Virus record (IMG/VR): IMGVR_UViG_3300027777_000041
Coordinates: 1 to 57,911 of that record
DNA length: 57,911 nucleotides
From: a virus
Taxonomy: Duplodnaviria > Caudoviricetes
Reading direction: 5' to 3' (one strand)
How positions within the stretch are numbered: the first letter of the stretch is position 1; every line of letters begins with the position of its first letter. Of this stretch, positions 6,124 to 14,380 are shown piece by piece. The notes under the pieces are model-generated. The model saw only the letters and a list, made by a program, of their open reading frames with translations, was not told where the DNA came from and made no database searches. The position numbers and the translations under genes were made by a program.

Positions 6124-7550
6124 TCTTTCCCCTCCAGTGTTTTGGCAACCTCTATGCGGGCCTTTGCAATTGCAAAGTATTCGCTGTTCATTTCAATTCC
6201 GATGAAATCAAAACCTTCTAACATCGCGGCTTTTCCAGTGCTACCACTTCCCATGAACGGGTCAAGCACTGTTCCGCCCGGCTGCGTCACAAGGCGGCAA
6301 AGATAGCGCATGAGGTCGGTGGGTTTGACCGTCGGGTGGTTGTTGGCCTCGCCACGATCTTTCTTGGCTGTCTTGGCGCAGTAGAAGAAGCGGGCGGCAG
6401 AGCCGGTGTCGCCGTAGCCTGTCTCTTGTTCGCCCGTTATATTGAGCCGCCCAGACATGGAATTTGTGTCATGCGCTTTGCGGCGGGTTCCGGGGTTCCC
6501 GCTTGTTGTCTCAGGAAACAAGTCCAACACCATCTGCGATCCGTCATGGATCAGGTTGGCGGGCCAGCGGCCAAGTGGCGATGATTTAACCGTTCCACGC
6601 GGAAGGCTTACAGTATCGCCGCTTTGCTGCTTTGATGTTGTCCATGCGCCATTTCCGCCAAGGCGAGGGTCATCTATATTTGGGTCAGTTTCAACCCTAC
6701 ACCCATCCACATTGATCGCCCCCGTCCCATGCGCCAGCACGTTCTCGGCCACCGTCCCGATCAGCGGCTTGCGGGCAACAGTGATAGGCTCCAAGGCGGG
6801 CTTGAGGGCGGTGCCCCATCCATCCCATTGCTGGGCGGCTTCGGTGGCGGGGGCTGTAAGATTTTCAACGCCATAACCAAAAATAGATTTGTTATTTTTA
6901 TTAGCGTCAGCCGCAGCCATTGTAACGCCAGATGTTTTTGCTTTTTCAACATCGCCACGAATTTTCTGCCCAATAACCTCCCGCTCCGCACCCGCCGCCT
7001 TATCAATCGCCTTACTCACATCTAGCGACTTCGGGAATCCAGACCCGTAAACCCATGCGATCATGTCGCGGATTTCAAAGCCAGCATCCTCAATTCCAGA
7101 ACACATGCGATGGTGTGTTCTCGTTCCGGCAAACGCCAGCAGATGGCCGCCCGGCTTCAAGACGCGGTAGCATTCAGAGGCCCATTCAGTCACCCACGTC
7201 TGAAAAACCCGCATCCGGTCTCCCCCACTGTGCTTTGGCTTTGGGCTGTCACATGTGCAGCGAGAGCCACCTTTACCAATCAACATTTTGCATTTTTCGC
7301 AACGATTCAAATTTGAGCCGGTGAATGACGGCCAAGATGTTTCGCGCTCACCAATTCCGGGTTCGCTGAACCCGCCACTTACCTGTTTCCAAGGCGCATC
7401 CCAATCCTTCCCCATAAACTCTAGGCCATAGGGCGGGTCGGTCACGATGGCGTCCACTGAGTTGTCAGGAAGCTCCCGCAGCCGCTCAAGGCAGTCACCC
7501 AACATCAAATTAATCTCGTTCATTTGCCGCCTCACAAGATCGTCAGTCAT
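6120..7550 (-). CDS. DNA methyltransferase, N4-C/N6-A (beta class)
   Basis: GDCLE...IVTDPPYG near N-terminus; HPTVKP...VLDPFMGSGSTG near C-terminus; start 7550 or 7523. Confidence 0.9.
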   Translation of the reverse strand: MTDDLVRRQMNEINLMLGDCLERLRELPDNSVDAIVTDPPYGLEFMGKDWDAPWKQVSGGFSEPGIGERETSWPSFTGSNLNRCEKCKMLIGKGGSRCTCDSPKPKHSGGDRMRVFQTWVTEWASECYRVLKPGGHLLAFAGTRTHHRMCSGIEDAGFEIRDMIAWVYGSGFPKSLDVSKAIDKAAGAEREVIGQKIRGDVEKAKTSGVTMAAADANKNNKSIFGYGVENLTAPATEAAQQWDGWGTALKPALEPITVARKPLIGTVAENVLAHGTGAINVDGCRVETDPNIDDPRLGGNGAWTTSKQQSGDTVSLPRGTVKSSPLGRWPANLIHDGSQMVLDLFPETTSGNPGTRRKAHDTNSMSGRLNITGEQETGYGDTGSAARFFYCAKTAKKDRGEANNHPTVKPTDLMRYLCRLVTQPGGTVLDPFMGSGSTGKAAMLEGFDFIGIEMNSEYFAIAKARIEVAKTLEGKE

Positions 7551-7740
7551 TTGTCGCCTCCAGTGCTTTGCGGGCAATGAGCTTCATGGTCTTCGACACG
7601 GCGCAGCAGTCCCAATCCGTGGACAGCTCTCGCAGCGCCGCCTCCAGCTTCTGGATACGGTCAGATTGTGACTGTAACTTGCTTGCCGCAGCATCGGATT
7701 CCCAGCTTCCGTTAGCGCGTAGCATTTCAACCAGCGTCAT
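7543..7740 (-). CDS. Cassette family protein
   Basis: MTLVEMLR...DRIQKLEAALR...ARKALEATND. Confidence 0.7.
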   Translation of the reverse strand: MTLVEMLRANGSWESDAAASKLQSQSDRIQKLEAALRELSTDWDCCAVSKTMKLIARKALEATND

Positions 7741-8056
7741 CTTTCCCCTCCAGTGCTTTGCGGGCGTAATCTTCAATGCAGCACCCGCAGTCCTCATAAA
7801 ACCATTGGCCGTGTTCGCAGCGGTCATGCTTTGATGATTGCCCATCATCGCGGAACGGGATCTTGACTGTGCGGGGTATGTCTCCTTCGGCGATATTCCG
7901 CAGCGCCGCCTCCAGCTTCTCAATGCGGTTATTCAAGATGCCGTTTTCGACCAATAAATTGGCACAGCGATCTTCCAAATGCTCAATGCGGTCGGCGGCT
8001 GGCTTGGCGAGATACCAGCCACTATTACGCAAATCCTTCACAAGATCATCTGTCAT
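7727..8056 (-). CDS. Cassette family protein with Cys/His cluster
   Basis: MTDDLVKDLR...AADRIE...LEAALR...CEHG...CGCC...ARKALEGKDD. Confidence 0.75.
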   Translation of the reverse strand: MTDDLVKDLRNSGWYLAKPAADRIEHLEDRCANLLVENGILNNRIEKLEAALRNIAEGDIPRTVKIPFRDDGQSSKHDRCEHGQWFYEDCGCCIEDYARKALEGKDDAG

Positions 8057-8087
8057 TTTTCGCCTTCTTGAATGATAGTCAAATTCA

Positions 8088-8312
8088 TCACATGCCATTT
8101 TTCTTCTCCATCAGTTGTTCAAGCGCAGCTTCACGGCAACTATCGCAGCAAGCGTTGGCAGCAATCGACCGCAGCGCCGCCTCCAGCTTCTTGATGCGGT
8201 CGGCTTGTTGCCTAATCGTTCGTGTCACCATGCCTTCAGTTGGTGCAGGTTGAGTATGACTGAGTTTTTCAAGATCATCGGTCATCTGGCTTTTGGTGAT
8301 TGGCTTAGTCAT
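8088..8312 (-). CDS. Cassette family protein
   Basis: MTDDLEK...ADRIKKLEAALRSIAANACCDSC. Confidence 0.65.
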   Translation of the reverse strand: MTKPITKSQMTDDLEKLSHTQPAPTEGMVTRTIRQQADRIKKLEAALRSIAANACCDSCREAALEQLMEKKNGM

Positions 8313-8538
8313 GATCCATCCACCTTCTAAATGCTCTACCGACTATCCAGCAAGATGCAACGCCAAGAACGACCCAATGGATAATCCCTGCTTGAAACCA
8401 TTCGTACACTAAGAAGCAACCGGCAAACGCCCCGAAAAGAAGGGCAAGCCCTTGTAGCGTATCAAGAAACCAATCAGGCGGCACAGGGAACATTGACTCT
8501 TGCATACGGCAGTTGTCATCTTTCTTTTCTTCAGTCAT
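8305..8538 (-). CDS. Small membrane protein
   Basis: MTEEKKDD...; two hydrophobic segments. Confidence 0.6.
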   Translation of the reverse strand: MTEEKKDDNCRMQESMFPVPPDWFLDTLQGLALLFGAFAGCFLVYEWFQAGIIHWVVLGVASCWIVGRAFRRWMDHD

Positions 8539-8833
8539 CTTTCCCCTCCAGTGCGTTGCGGGCTGTGCGGCCACAGTTCGCGCCGCCATCGTAGTATTCG
8601 ACGCCGCAGCCATCGTCAGGTTTGCAGTCGCAAGCATAGAGACGTAGCGCCGCCTCCAGCTTCTCAACACGCTGCTCTGCGTAATCGCGATGCTTCATAG
8701 CCAAATCAGCTACGCCATTCGCATAATGGATTTGCTCTTCCAGCTTCTCAATACGGTCGGCGGATTCGGCGTGTGATTTAAGGCTTGGCGTATAAAAGGG
8801 GTCACGCAGCCGCTTCACAAGATCATCGCTCAT
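8531..8833 (-). CDS. Cassette family protein
   Basis: MSDDLVKRLR...ADRIEKLE...LEAALR...ARNALEGKDD. Confidence 0.75.
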   Translation of the reverse strand: MSDDLVKRLRDPFYTPSLKSHAESADRIEKLEEQIHYANGVADLAMKHRDYAEQRVEKLEAALRLYACDCKPDDGCGVEYYDGGANCGRTARNALEGKDD

Positions 8834-8834
8834 G

Positions 8835-9050
8835 TTAACTTTCTCCCGTTTTTTTAACACGTTCTGCGGATGTGTTTAGTTTATTGACAGGTGAGGGTCC
8901 GCAGTAGATCAAGTTTTTGTCGCATTCAGGGCAGCGCATCGCGATCATCTTCTCTGCCGCTTCAGCGATGGGCATTGGCAGTTTCAAGGCAAACCATTCA
9001 TGCTTGCATGAGCCGCAGTGGACTAGCAAAGAGTCGGGTGCGTCAGTCAT
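8835..9050 (-). CDS. Small zinc-ribbon protein
   Basis: CGSCKHEW...CPEC. Confidence 0.7.
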   Translation of the reverse strand: MTDAPDSLLVHCGSCKHEWFALKLPMPIAEAAEKMIAMRCPECDKNLIYCGPSPVNKLNTSAERVKKTGES

Positions 9051-9379
9051 GCTTTGCCCCCATTGAGGATGTTGGCTGCATGAATTTCTCTGGTTTGCCG
9101 CATTGCTTCGTGTAACGCACGAGTCGATAAATCCATATGCTCGGCATATATTTCATCTGTTATTTCCCGATGGGTGATGATGTACCCCAGTTTTATTTCT
9201 TTCCATTCGTAAACCGGATGCGCCATGCTAGTTAAGCCAATACCATCCAATTCATGCAGATGCTGCGGCATCACTTTCATCGGCATGATGTTGGCAGCTT
9301 TGACAACCGCAGGCGCTGCTATCAGGCCAAACAGGCCGGTGAGGAACTTGCGTCTTGGCATTAAGAGATCAGTCATCAC
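9047..9379 (-). CDS. Twin-arginine-signal-like protein carrying a major-capsid-like fragment
   Basis: PRRKFL + hydrophobic stretch + VKA; residues 61-106 align ungapped to capsid residues 82-127 (21/46 identical). Confidence 0.75.
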   Translation of the reverse strand: MMTDLLMPRRKFLTGLFGLIAAPAVVKAANIMPMKVMPQHLHELDGIGLTSMAHPVYEWKEIKLGYIITHREITDEIYAEHMDLSTRALHEAMRQTREIHAANILNGGKA

Positions 9380-9567
9380 TTATCCCCCTGATGATAATCC
9401 GGGTCTGGGTTGTAGACATAATACGGCCAATAGTTGCCCATGATCTCTTTGCGGGCGATGTATTCCCACCAGATCGTAATGTCTTGGTTGGTTGCCTGAT
9501 TAGTGATGGTTTTGGGATACCAAGCGAACCAGCGATGCCATTCATGTTTTCCATCAGACCAGCGCAT
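9376..9567 (-). CDS. Trp-rich hypothetical protein
   Basis: WHRWFAWYP...IWWEYI.R; coupled overlaps. Confidence 0.7.
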   Translation of the reverse strand: MRWSDGKHEWHRWFAWYPKTITNQATNQDITIWWEYIARKEIMGNYWPYYVYNPDPDYHQGDK

Positions 9568-9890
9568 TATTCACCCCCCTTCCTTGGCGGCTCAGGCAAA
9601 GGCATCCAGTGGGTAGGCAAAGGCAACGCATGATTGCTCATATTAGCTTGCGTTTCTTCCTGAAAAAACCCAACACTATAACAAAGTTGCCAGCCTCCAA
9701 ATATGGAAGGATTGTGCATCGCTATTCCAACTTCTTGTATTTTCCTTATCAGGATTGGCCCATCCTTGGGTGCGGTGTCGATTGGTTGCCACAGGACGCT
9801 ATGGCAGCTAGTGCAAACCATCCGCCCATCTTCTGTCTTCAACTTGCTATGTTGCCCGCAATAGCAGTCTGCTGTCTGTTCCAAGCTCAC
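9567..9890 (-). CDS. DUF551-like protein
   Basis: WQPIDTAPKDG...PTHWMPLPEPP; GTG start overlaps helicase stop. Confidence 0.75.
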   Translation of the reverse strand: MSLEQTADCYCGQHSKLKTEDGRMVCTSCHSVLWQPIDTAPKDGPILIRKIQEVGIAMHNPSIFGGWQLCYSVGFFQEETQANMSNHALPLPTHWMPLPEPPRKGGE

Positions 9891-11362
9891 GCTGATCTCC
9901 TGTCGTTGGATTTGGCTTTGCGAATGTTGCGGTGACGAATCCATGATTCCACTTCTGGAGTCATTTGTCTAGCGGGTTCGCCAGAAAAATGTCGCGGCGG
10001 CTTTGATTTGAATTTGTCTTGATATGCCCAATAAGCCCAACCCGGCTTATAGCCACGAAGAATTGAGTACAGGATCAATTGCGCGTACCAGCTTTGACCA
10101 TCAGCGGTTGTCTTCTGATCCGGCTTGGCAGAATGCCTACTAGCCAGTTCGTATAGCTCTCCGCTTTCTACCTGTACTTTGTCTTGTGGGGTTGGGCGGT
10201 GTCCGCAGGCGGGACAATCCAATACCTTTGGCGGCTTTAGGAAGTGGCACTTGGAACATTCCTTGGGTAGCTTCTCCTTTGGGGCACCTTCAACGCGCTT
10301 GGCCTTGCCATCATCAAGCTTGTCATGATGGATGTCAGTGACAAAGCCAAGGTTAAGCGTAGTGCTAGAGTGATCTAAAATGATGCAAGATTCTTTGCCT
10401 TCCGCAGTCCGCAGCCCGCGCCCGATCATTTGTGTGTACAAAATCTCCGATTTGGTAGGGCGGGCCAGAATGATACACCGAACGTCAGCATCAAAACCTG
10501 TGGTGAGTACGCCGACATTGCAGATTACCTTCACATCGCCCTTTGCAAACTTGTCTACGATCTCCCGCCGGGCTGGCAGATCAGTGTAAGCATCCATGTA
10601 TTCTGCTGGCACCTTGGCATCAAGGAACTGCTGTTGGATGTGTTTGGCATGTACCCGGTTAACAGCAAAACATATTGTTGGCTCATTTTTGCCACGTTCT
10701 AGCCATGTCGAAACAATGTCAGCGACCAGATGGCCCTTGTCCATTGCATGTCCCAAGCCTTTCAGGTCAAAGTCGCCAGCCACCATCCTGACGCCCTTCA
10801 AATTAGGATGCGCCGGGGCAAACACTTTGAAGGATGATAGAGCTTGCCTGTCAATCAACTCACCAGTGGTTATGCCGACAATCAGATGATCCCATTTGCC
10901 GGGAGCGCCCATGCCTCTAGCCCACGGGGTTGCTGTTAGCCCGATGAATGGCACATTCTCCCATTCAGAAAGCTGCATCCAGCGTTCGTACAAGCTGAAC
11001 CCCACATGGCACTCATCTACGATCACAAGATCCGCTTTAGGCAAATTGCGGCGCGTCAGTGTCTGCACCGAACACACCTGAACAGGTTGGCTTATGTCCG
11101 TCATTTCATGGGTGGCTTGGATCACGCCCAGATCAAAAATTCCGTTCTGCCGGAACCTTTCTACTGTCTGGTCAATTAGGCTAAGAGCAGGAACGACAAA
11201 CATTACCCGCTTGCCCTTCTGGCGGGCCATGTTGACCAACGCAGCGGCGATAACCGTCTTGCCGCTTCCTGTGGGGGCTTGAACAACCGGCCTACGGTAG
11301 CCACTAGCCAATGCTTCACGGATTTTGTCGATGATGTCCGCTTGATAGTCCCGGAGTTCCAT
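9887..11362 (-). CDS. Superfamily 2 DNA helicase with C-terminal Zn finger
   Basis: LRDYQ; APTGSGKT; DECH; GLTATP; LTTGFD; QMIGRGLR; CSKC/CPAC. Confidence 0.93.
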   Translation of the reverse strand: MELRDYQADIIDKIREALASGYRRPVVQAPTGSGKTVIAAALVNMARQKGKRVMFVVPALSLIDQTVERFRQNGIFDLGVIQATHEMTDISQPVQVCSVQTLTRRNLPKADLVIVDECHVGFSLYERWMQLSEWENVPFIGLTATPWARGMGAPGKWDHLIVGITTGELIDRQALSSFKVFAPAHPNLKGVRMVAGDFDLKGLGHAMDKGHLVADIVSTWLERGKNEPTICFAVNRVHAKHIQQQFLDAKVPAEYMDAYTDLPARREIVDKFAKGDVKVICNVGVLTTGFDADVRCIILARPTKSEILYTQMIGRGLRTAEGKESCIILDHSSTTLNLGFVTDIHHDKLDDGKAKRVEGAPKEKLPKECSKCHFLKPPKVLDCPACGHRPTPQDKVQVESGELYELASRHSAKPDQKTTADGQSWYAQLILYSILRGYKPGWAYWAYQDKFKSKPPRHFSGEPARQMTPEVESWIRHRNIRKAKSNDRRSA

Positions 11363-11468
11363 TGTCTTGTTCCTGTTGTCGGGGATTTTGGTATTATAGT
11401 ATCTTATTCAGGTATCTTACTGGTAAGTGATTCTAGAAGTTACTAGTAGGTTCTAAGTGATAGTATAT

Positions 11469-11510
11469 GGCACTCTATTGGAGTGGGGGGGCACTCCATT
11501 GGAGTGGGGG
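11469..11510. repeat. Two 21-bp iteron-like direct repeats, each near-palindromic; candidate replication origin
   Basis: GGCACTC(T/C)ATTGGAGTGGGGG x2 at the 3' end of the HTH gene, next to AT-rich 11390-11468. Confidence 0.6.
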
Positions 11511-11795
11511 TAAGTTGCCTGATCTAAAAGTCACGCTCAAGTCCAATGTGTAGACATTAGCAGTCTGCCCATAAACACGCATCTGCATGACGCGCTGCAC
11601 CATGCCAGCCTTCTCCAGCCAGACAATGCACTTTCTGACCTTGGATGCAGACAAGCCCGAATCAGCCGCAAGACGGCCAACAGACGGCCAACATTGATTT
11701 GCGTCGTTGGCATAGTTCGCCAACATAAGCAGCACCATTTTTTCTGAGCATGGGAGTTGCTGCCGCACTGCCCAAGCCATAGCTTGAAACGACAT
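11475..11795 (-). CDS. Winged-HTH replication initiator/organiser-like protein
   Basis: MSFQAMAWA...KMVLLMLANYAN...CWPSV.RLA.DSGLS...N.Y.L, typical of phage O-like N-terminal domains; upstream of helicase and primase. Confidence 0.8.
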   Translation of the reverse strand: MSFQAMAWAVRQQLPCSEKMVLLMLANYANDANQCWPSVGRLAADSGLSASKVRKCIVWLEKAGMVQRVMQMRVYGQTANVYTLDLSVTFRSGNLPPLQWSAPPLQ

Positions 11796-11798
11796 GGA

Positions 11799-11981
11799 TT
11801 ATTTTCCTGTGTTGTAAAGTTCAAGTGCAAGAAATATGGCGCGGGGGAATTTTGTGTCCCCAGCCATCCAACGGAACAGCGTCCGTTCCGACACGCCAAG
11901 GTAGTCAGCAGCAAACCCGTAGTCCATTCGCAGTTCGCGAATCATCTTTTTCAGCTTTTCGCCATTAGAGTTATCAGACAT
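11799..11981 (-). CDS. Cro/XRE-like HTH protein
   Basis: AADYLGVSERTLFRWMAG. Confidence 0.75.
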   Translation of the reverse strand: MSDNSNGEKLKKMIRELRMDYGFAADYLGVSERTLFRWMAGDTKFPRAIFLALELYNTGK

Positions 11982-12027
11982 TTTCGCTCCTTTTTGGTGT
12001 CATGCTGTCATTAAATATGACGTATTG

Positions 12028-12258
12028 TCATTTATCAAGAGACTTTTGCGCCGCAATTATAATTTCCCTATTTTGTTGCACCCATTTCAGGGTCTTTAAT
12101 GCAGCTTCAACGGCGGGTAATCTTTTTTCCGTGTCATCAAGAATTTCTTTTGGACGCTCACCTTTGGCGACGTACCGGCGCACAAGATTAATGTAGCTAC
12201 GATGGTTGCGGACCACATCATCAAGGGCTGCAACTTGATCGTCTATGCCGATTTTCAT
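12028..12258 (-). CDS. Hypothetical protein
   Basis: ATGA-coupled; 76 aa. Confidence 0.7.
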   Translation of the reverse strand: MKIGIDDQVAALDDVVRNHRSYINLVRRYVAKGERPKEILDDTEKRLPAVEAALKTLKWVQQNREIIIAAQKSLDK

Positions 12259-12788
12259 GATTGGCGACCATAAAATACAGTTGATAGGCGCGGCCTTGTG
12301 TTATCAAACAGATACCAAGCGCAGTTGTCTTTGCCAACGCTAGGGCTATCTTCAATCCACTTCACGCGGCCCACAGAAACTACAGCGTGGCAATATTCCA
12401 TGTAAGCCGATGATTGACGTGTATGCGCCCAGTCAGCATCGAACAACAACCATGTTGGCTGGAGTAACGCGCAACGCTCTATGATTCGATGCAATATGGG
12501 GCGGTCCCAAGGTGGATTTGTAATGATGTAATCAGCACCCTGTAAATCGGCCAATGCAATTTGCGTGGCATCATGTTGCCAAATGTTGTCGCCCATCGGC
12601 TCTATGTCAAAAGCGGATATGCAATTAAACCCAAAAAACTTTAGCCCTCTAACTAAATCTCCTGCGCCAGCACAAGGTTCACAATACCGCGCACCGGCTG
12701 GTAAGTGACTTACCAATGGCGTGATAGCTGACAAAGGAGTCGGGTAGAAGTCCCGCTCCATGCGTTCAAAGTTCGACCTCTTGCCCAT
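12255..12788 (-). CDS. DNA adenine methyltransferase (small phage type)
   Basis: DFYPTP; EPCAGAG; IITNPPW. Confidence 0.85.
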   Translation of the reverse strand: MGKRSNFERMERDFYPTPLSAITPLVSHLPAGARYCEPCAGAGDLVRGLKFFGFNCISAFDIEPMGDNIWQHDATQIALADLQGADYIITNPPWDRPILHRIIERCALLQPTWLLFDADWAHTRQSSAYMEYCHAVVSVGRVKWIEDSPSVGKDNCAWYLFDNTRPRLSTVFYGRQS

Positions 12789-13017
12789 CGCTATCTCCCA
12801 AGACCTGTGTGGCAATTTCTAAACCCAGATGTGCGTCTGCTAAAGGCAATCTGGAAATATCTTCCAATGCCCTTTCAAGCTTCATGATGTATGTTGCGGC
12901 TTCCTGCCCAACTTGTTTGTCTTTGATCGTAACTTTTCTATTTAGATTGTGTCCTATTCGAAGAAGGCGATATGTTAGACTGAAGTAGGTGGGATAGCTT
13001 CCAAGGTTATCAAGCAT
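12766..13017 (-). CDS. Hypothetical protein (start uncertain)
   Basis: Fills the gap between rusA and the MTase; EAATYIMKLERALEDI resembles the cassette motif. Confidence 0.5.
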   Translation of the reverse strand: MLDNLGSYPTYFSLTYRLLRIGHNLNRKVTIKDKQVGQEAATYIMKLERALEDISRLPLADAHLGLEIATQVLGDSDGQEVEL

Positions 13018-13334
13018 GGCGGTCCTTCCGGCACCCACTTGGCTACAATCCATTCGCACAAATGATCGTCATCTACGATCCCTGAATGAACTAGCGCGTC
13101 GTTGATTGCCTTCTCCAAGTTTCCAATGTCACGTTTACGTTTGTCTGGTCTGACGGCTTCAATGGTGAGTTTATACTGACCAGATATGCGCCGCCGTTTT
13201 GCCTGTTCTTTGATTTCCCATAGGGCTTCCTTAGTCCAATCTACATACTCTTTTGACCGATACACCTTACCAGTTTTGGTAGCCCTCCAGAGACGGTTGA
13301 CGCTAGGAGGGAACGGGATGGACATTTCGATCAT
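12975..13334 (-). CDS. rusA: RusA-family Holliday junction resolvase
   Basis: PFPPSVNRLWR...PDKRKRDIGNLEKAINDALV...DDD. Confidence 0.9.
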   Translation of the reverse strand: MIEMSIPFPPSVNRLWRATKTGKVYRSKEYVDWTKEALWEIKEQAKRRRISGQYKLTIEAVRPDKRKRDIGNLEKAINDALVHSGIVDDDHLCEWIVAKWVPEGPPCLITLEAIPPTSV

Positions 13335-13340
13335 GGGGGC

Positions 13341-13405
13341 ATTATGCGTTGATACAGATTCTTCGTCAAGAGGGGTTGACTCCAAATATGGTTCTGCTAT
13401 GCATT
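13341..13405. promoter_or_regulatory. Divergent sigma70-like promoters between replication and recombination operons
   Basis: Minus strand TTGACG-N17-CATAAT (13369-13341); plus strand TTGACT at 13376 with GCTATG downstream. Confidence 0.65.
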
Positions 13406-13430
13406 ATGCATCCTACCACAGGAGAGCAAA

Positions 13431-13784
13431 ATGAACCTGAGCCCAATCCAGTACACCTTAGACGAACATGCGCTCACGCCAGACATCTACCTGTATGGCA
13501 AGCTAGACATCCTCATTGACCATGTGGATGATATGCCCTTCATTGATTCCTTTGAGCTTGTGCGCGTAGTGAACCTTGACGAAGAAAATGAAGAGCGCAC
13601 GGAAGTTATTTTTGTAAAGGACAAGGACAACGAACCGATTGCATGTGCCGTGTGGACCATGCTAAATCGTGATGAAAAGCTCATGAACGACATCTTCGAT
13701 GATTGCGCCCGCGAAGGTATGTGGGCGGCAGAAGACGACGCAACCGACTTTAGACTGCAAGCCCGCCGTGATGGCGAATACTAA
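13431..13784 (+). CDS. Acidic hypothetical protein
   Basis: AGGAG RBS; 117 aa, D/E-rich. Confidence 0.75.
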   Translation: MNLSPIQYTLDEHALTPDIYLYGKLDILIDHVDDMPFIDSFELVRVVNLDEENEERTEVIFVKDKDNEPIACAVWTMLNRDEKLMNDIFDDCAREGMWAAEDDATDFRLQARRDGEY

Positions 13785-13795
13785 GGAACAACCCA

Positions 13796-14380
13796 ATGAA
13801 AATGTCTGAAACAATCAACCAGCTTTCTACTGCCCTAGCTATCGCACAGGGCCAGATTGACGATGCTGTAAAGGACCGCAAGAACGACTTTTATAAAGCG
13901 AAGTATGCAGACTTGTCGTCTGTTCGTGCGGCAATCCGTAAGCCATTTGCTGACAATGGTTTGTCCGTGATTCAGTTCCCCCGCACCGTTCAGGGGGGCA
14001 TTGAAGTTGAAACTATGCTCATGCACTCATCTGGTGAGTTCATGGCTGAAACCTTGTTTCTCCCAGTTAAGCATGAGATCCATCCCATTGGGTCTGGCAT
14101 TTCATATGCCCGCCGGTATGCCCTGATGTCGATTGCAAATCTTGCAGCCGATGATGATGATGGCAATGCAGCGCAAGTTGCTAAAGCCCCTACAGAGCCA
14201 AGCATTGAAGACCGGGCTCTTGCCCTGAAAGCTTCCAAAGTTGCTGAGAGGGGAACCGCTGCCCTCAGTGAATTTTGGAAAGGCTTGACACAAGCCCAGC
14301 GCAAGGTGTTTGATGCGGAGGCTATCGCTGATTTGAAGGCTCTTGCCGCCCAATATGACCAAACGAAGGATACCAAGTGA
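13796..14380 (+). CDS. erf: ERF-family single-strand annealing protein
   Basis: KAKYADL...GSGISYARRYAL...DDDDGN. Confidence 0.9.
   Translation: MKMSETINQLSTALAIAQGQIDDAVKDRKNDFYKAKYADLSSVRAAIRKPFADNGLSVIQFPRTVQGGIEVETMLMHSSGEFMAETLFLPVKHEIHPIGSGISYARRYALMSIANLAADDDDGNAAQVAKAPTEPSIEDRALALKASKVAERGTAALSEFWKGLTQAQRKVFDAEAIADLKALAAQYDQTKDTK

Noticed and set aside
5568-8833. Diversity-generating retroelement or integron explaining the cassette repeats
   Set aside because: No reverse transcriptase, tyrosine integrase or attC-like palindromes; differences are not adenine-specific
11393-11477. TAG recoding to extend the initiator gene
   Set aside because: Several well-supported genes end in TAG, no suppressor tRNA is present, and read-through would add only a short stretch with another TAG
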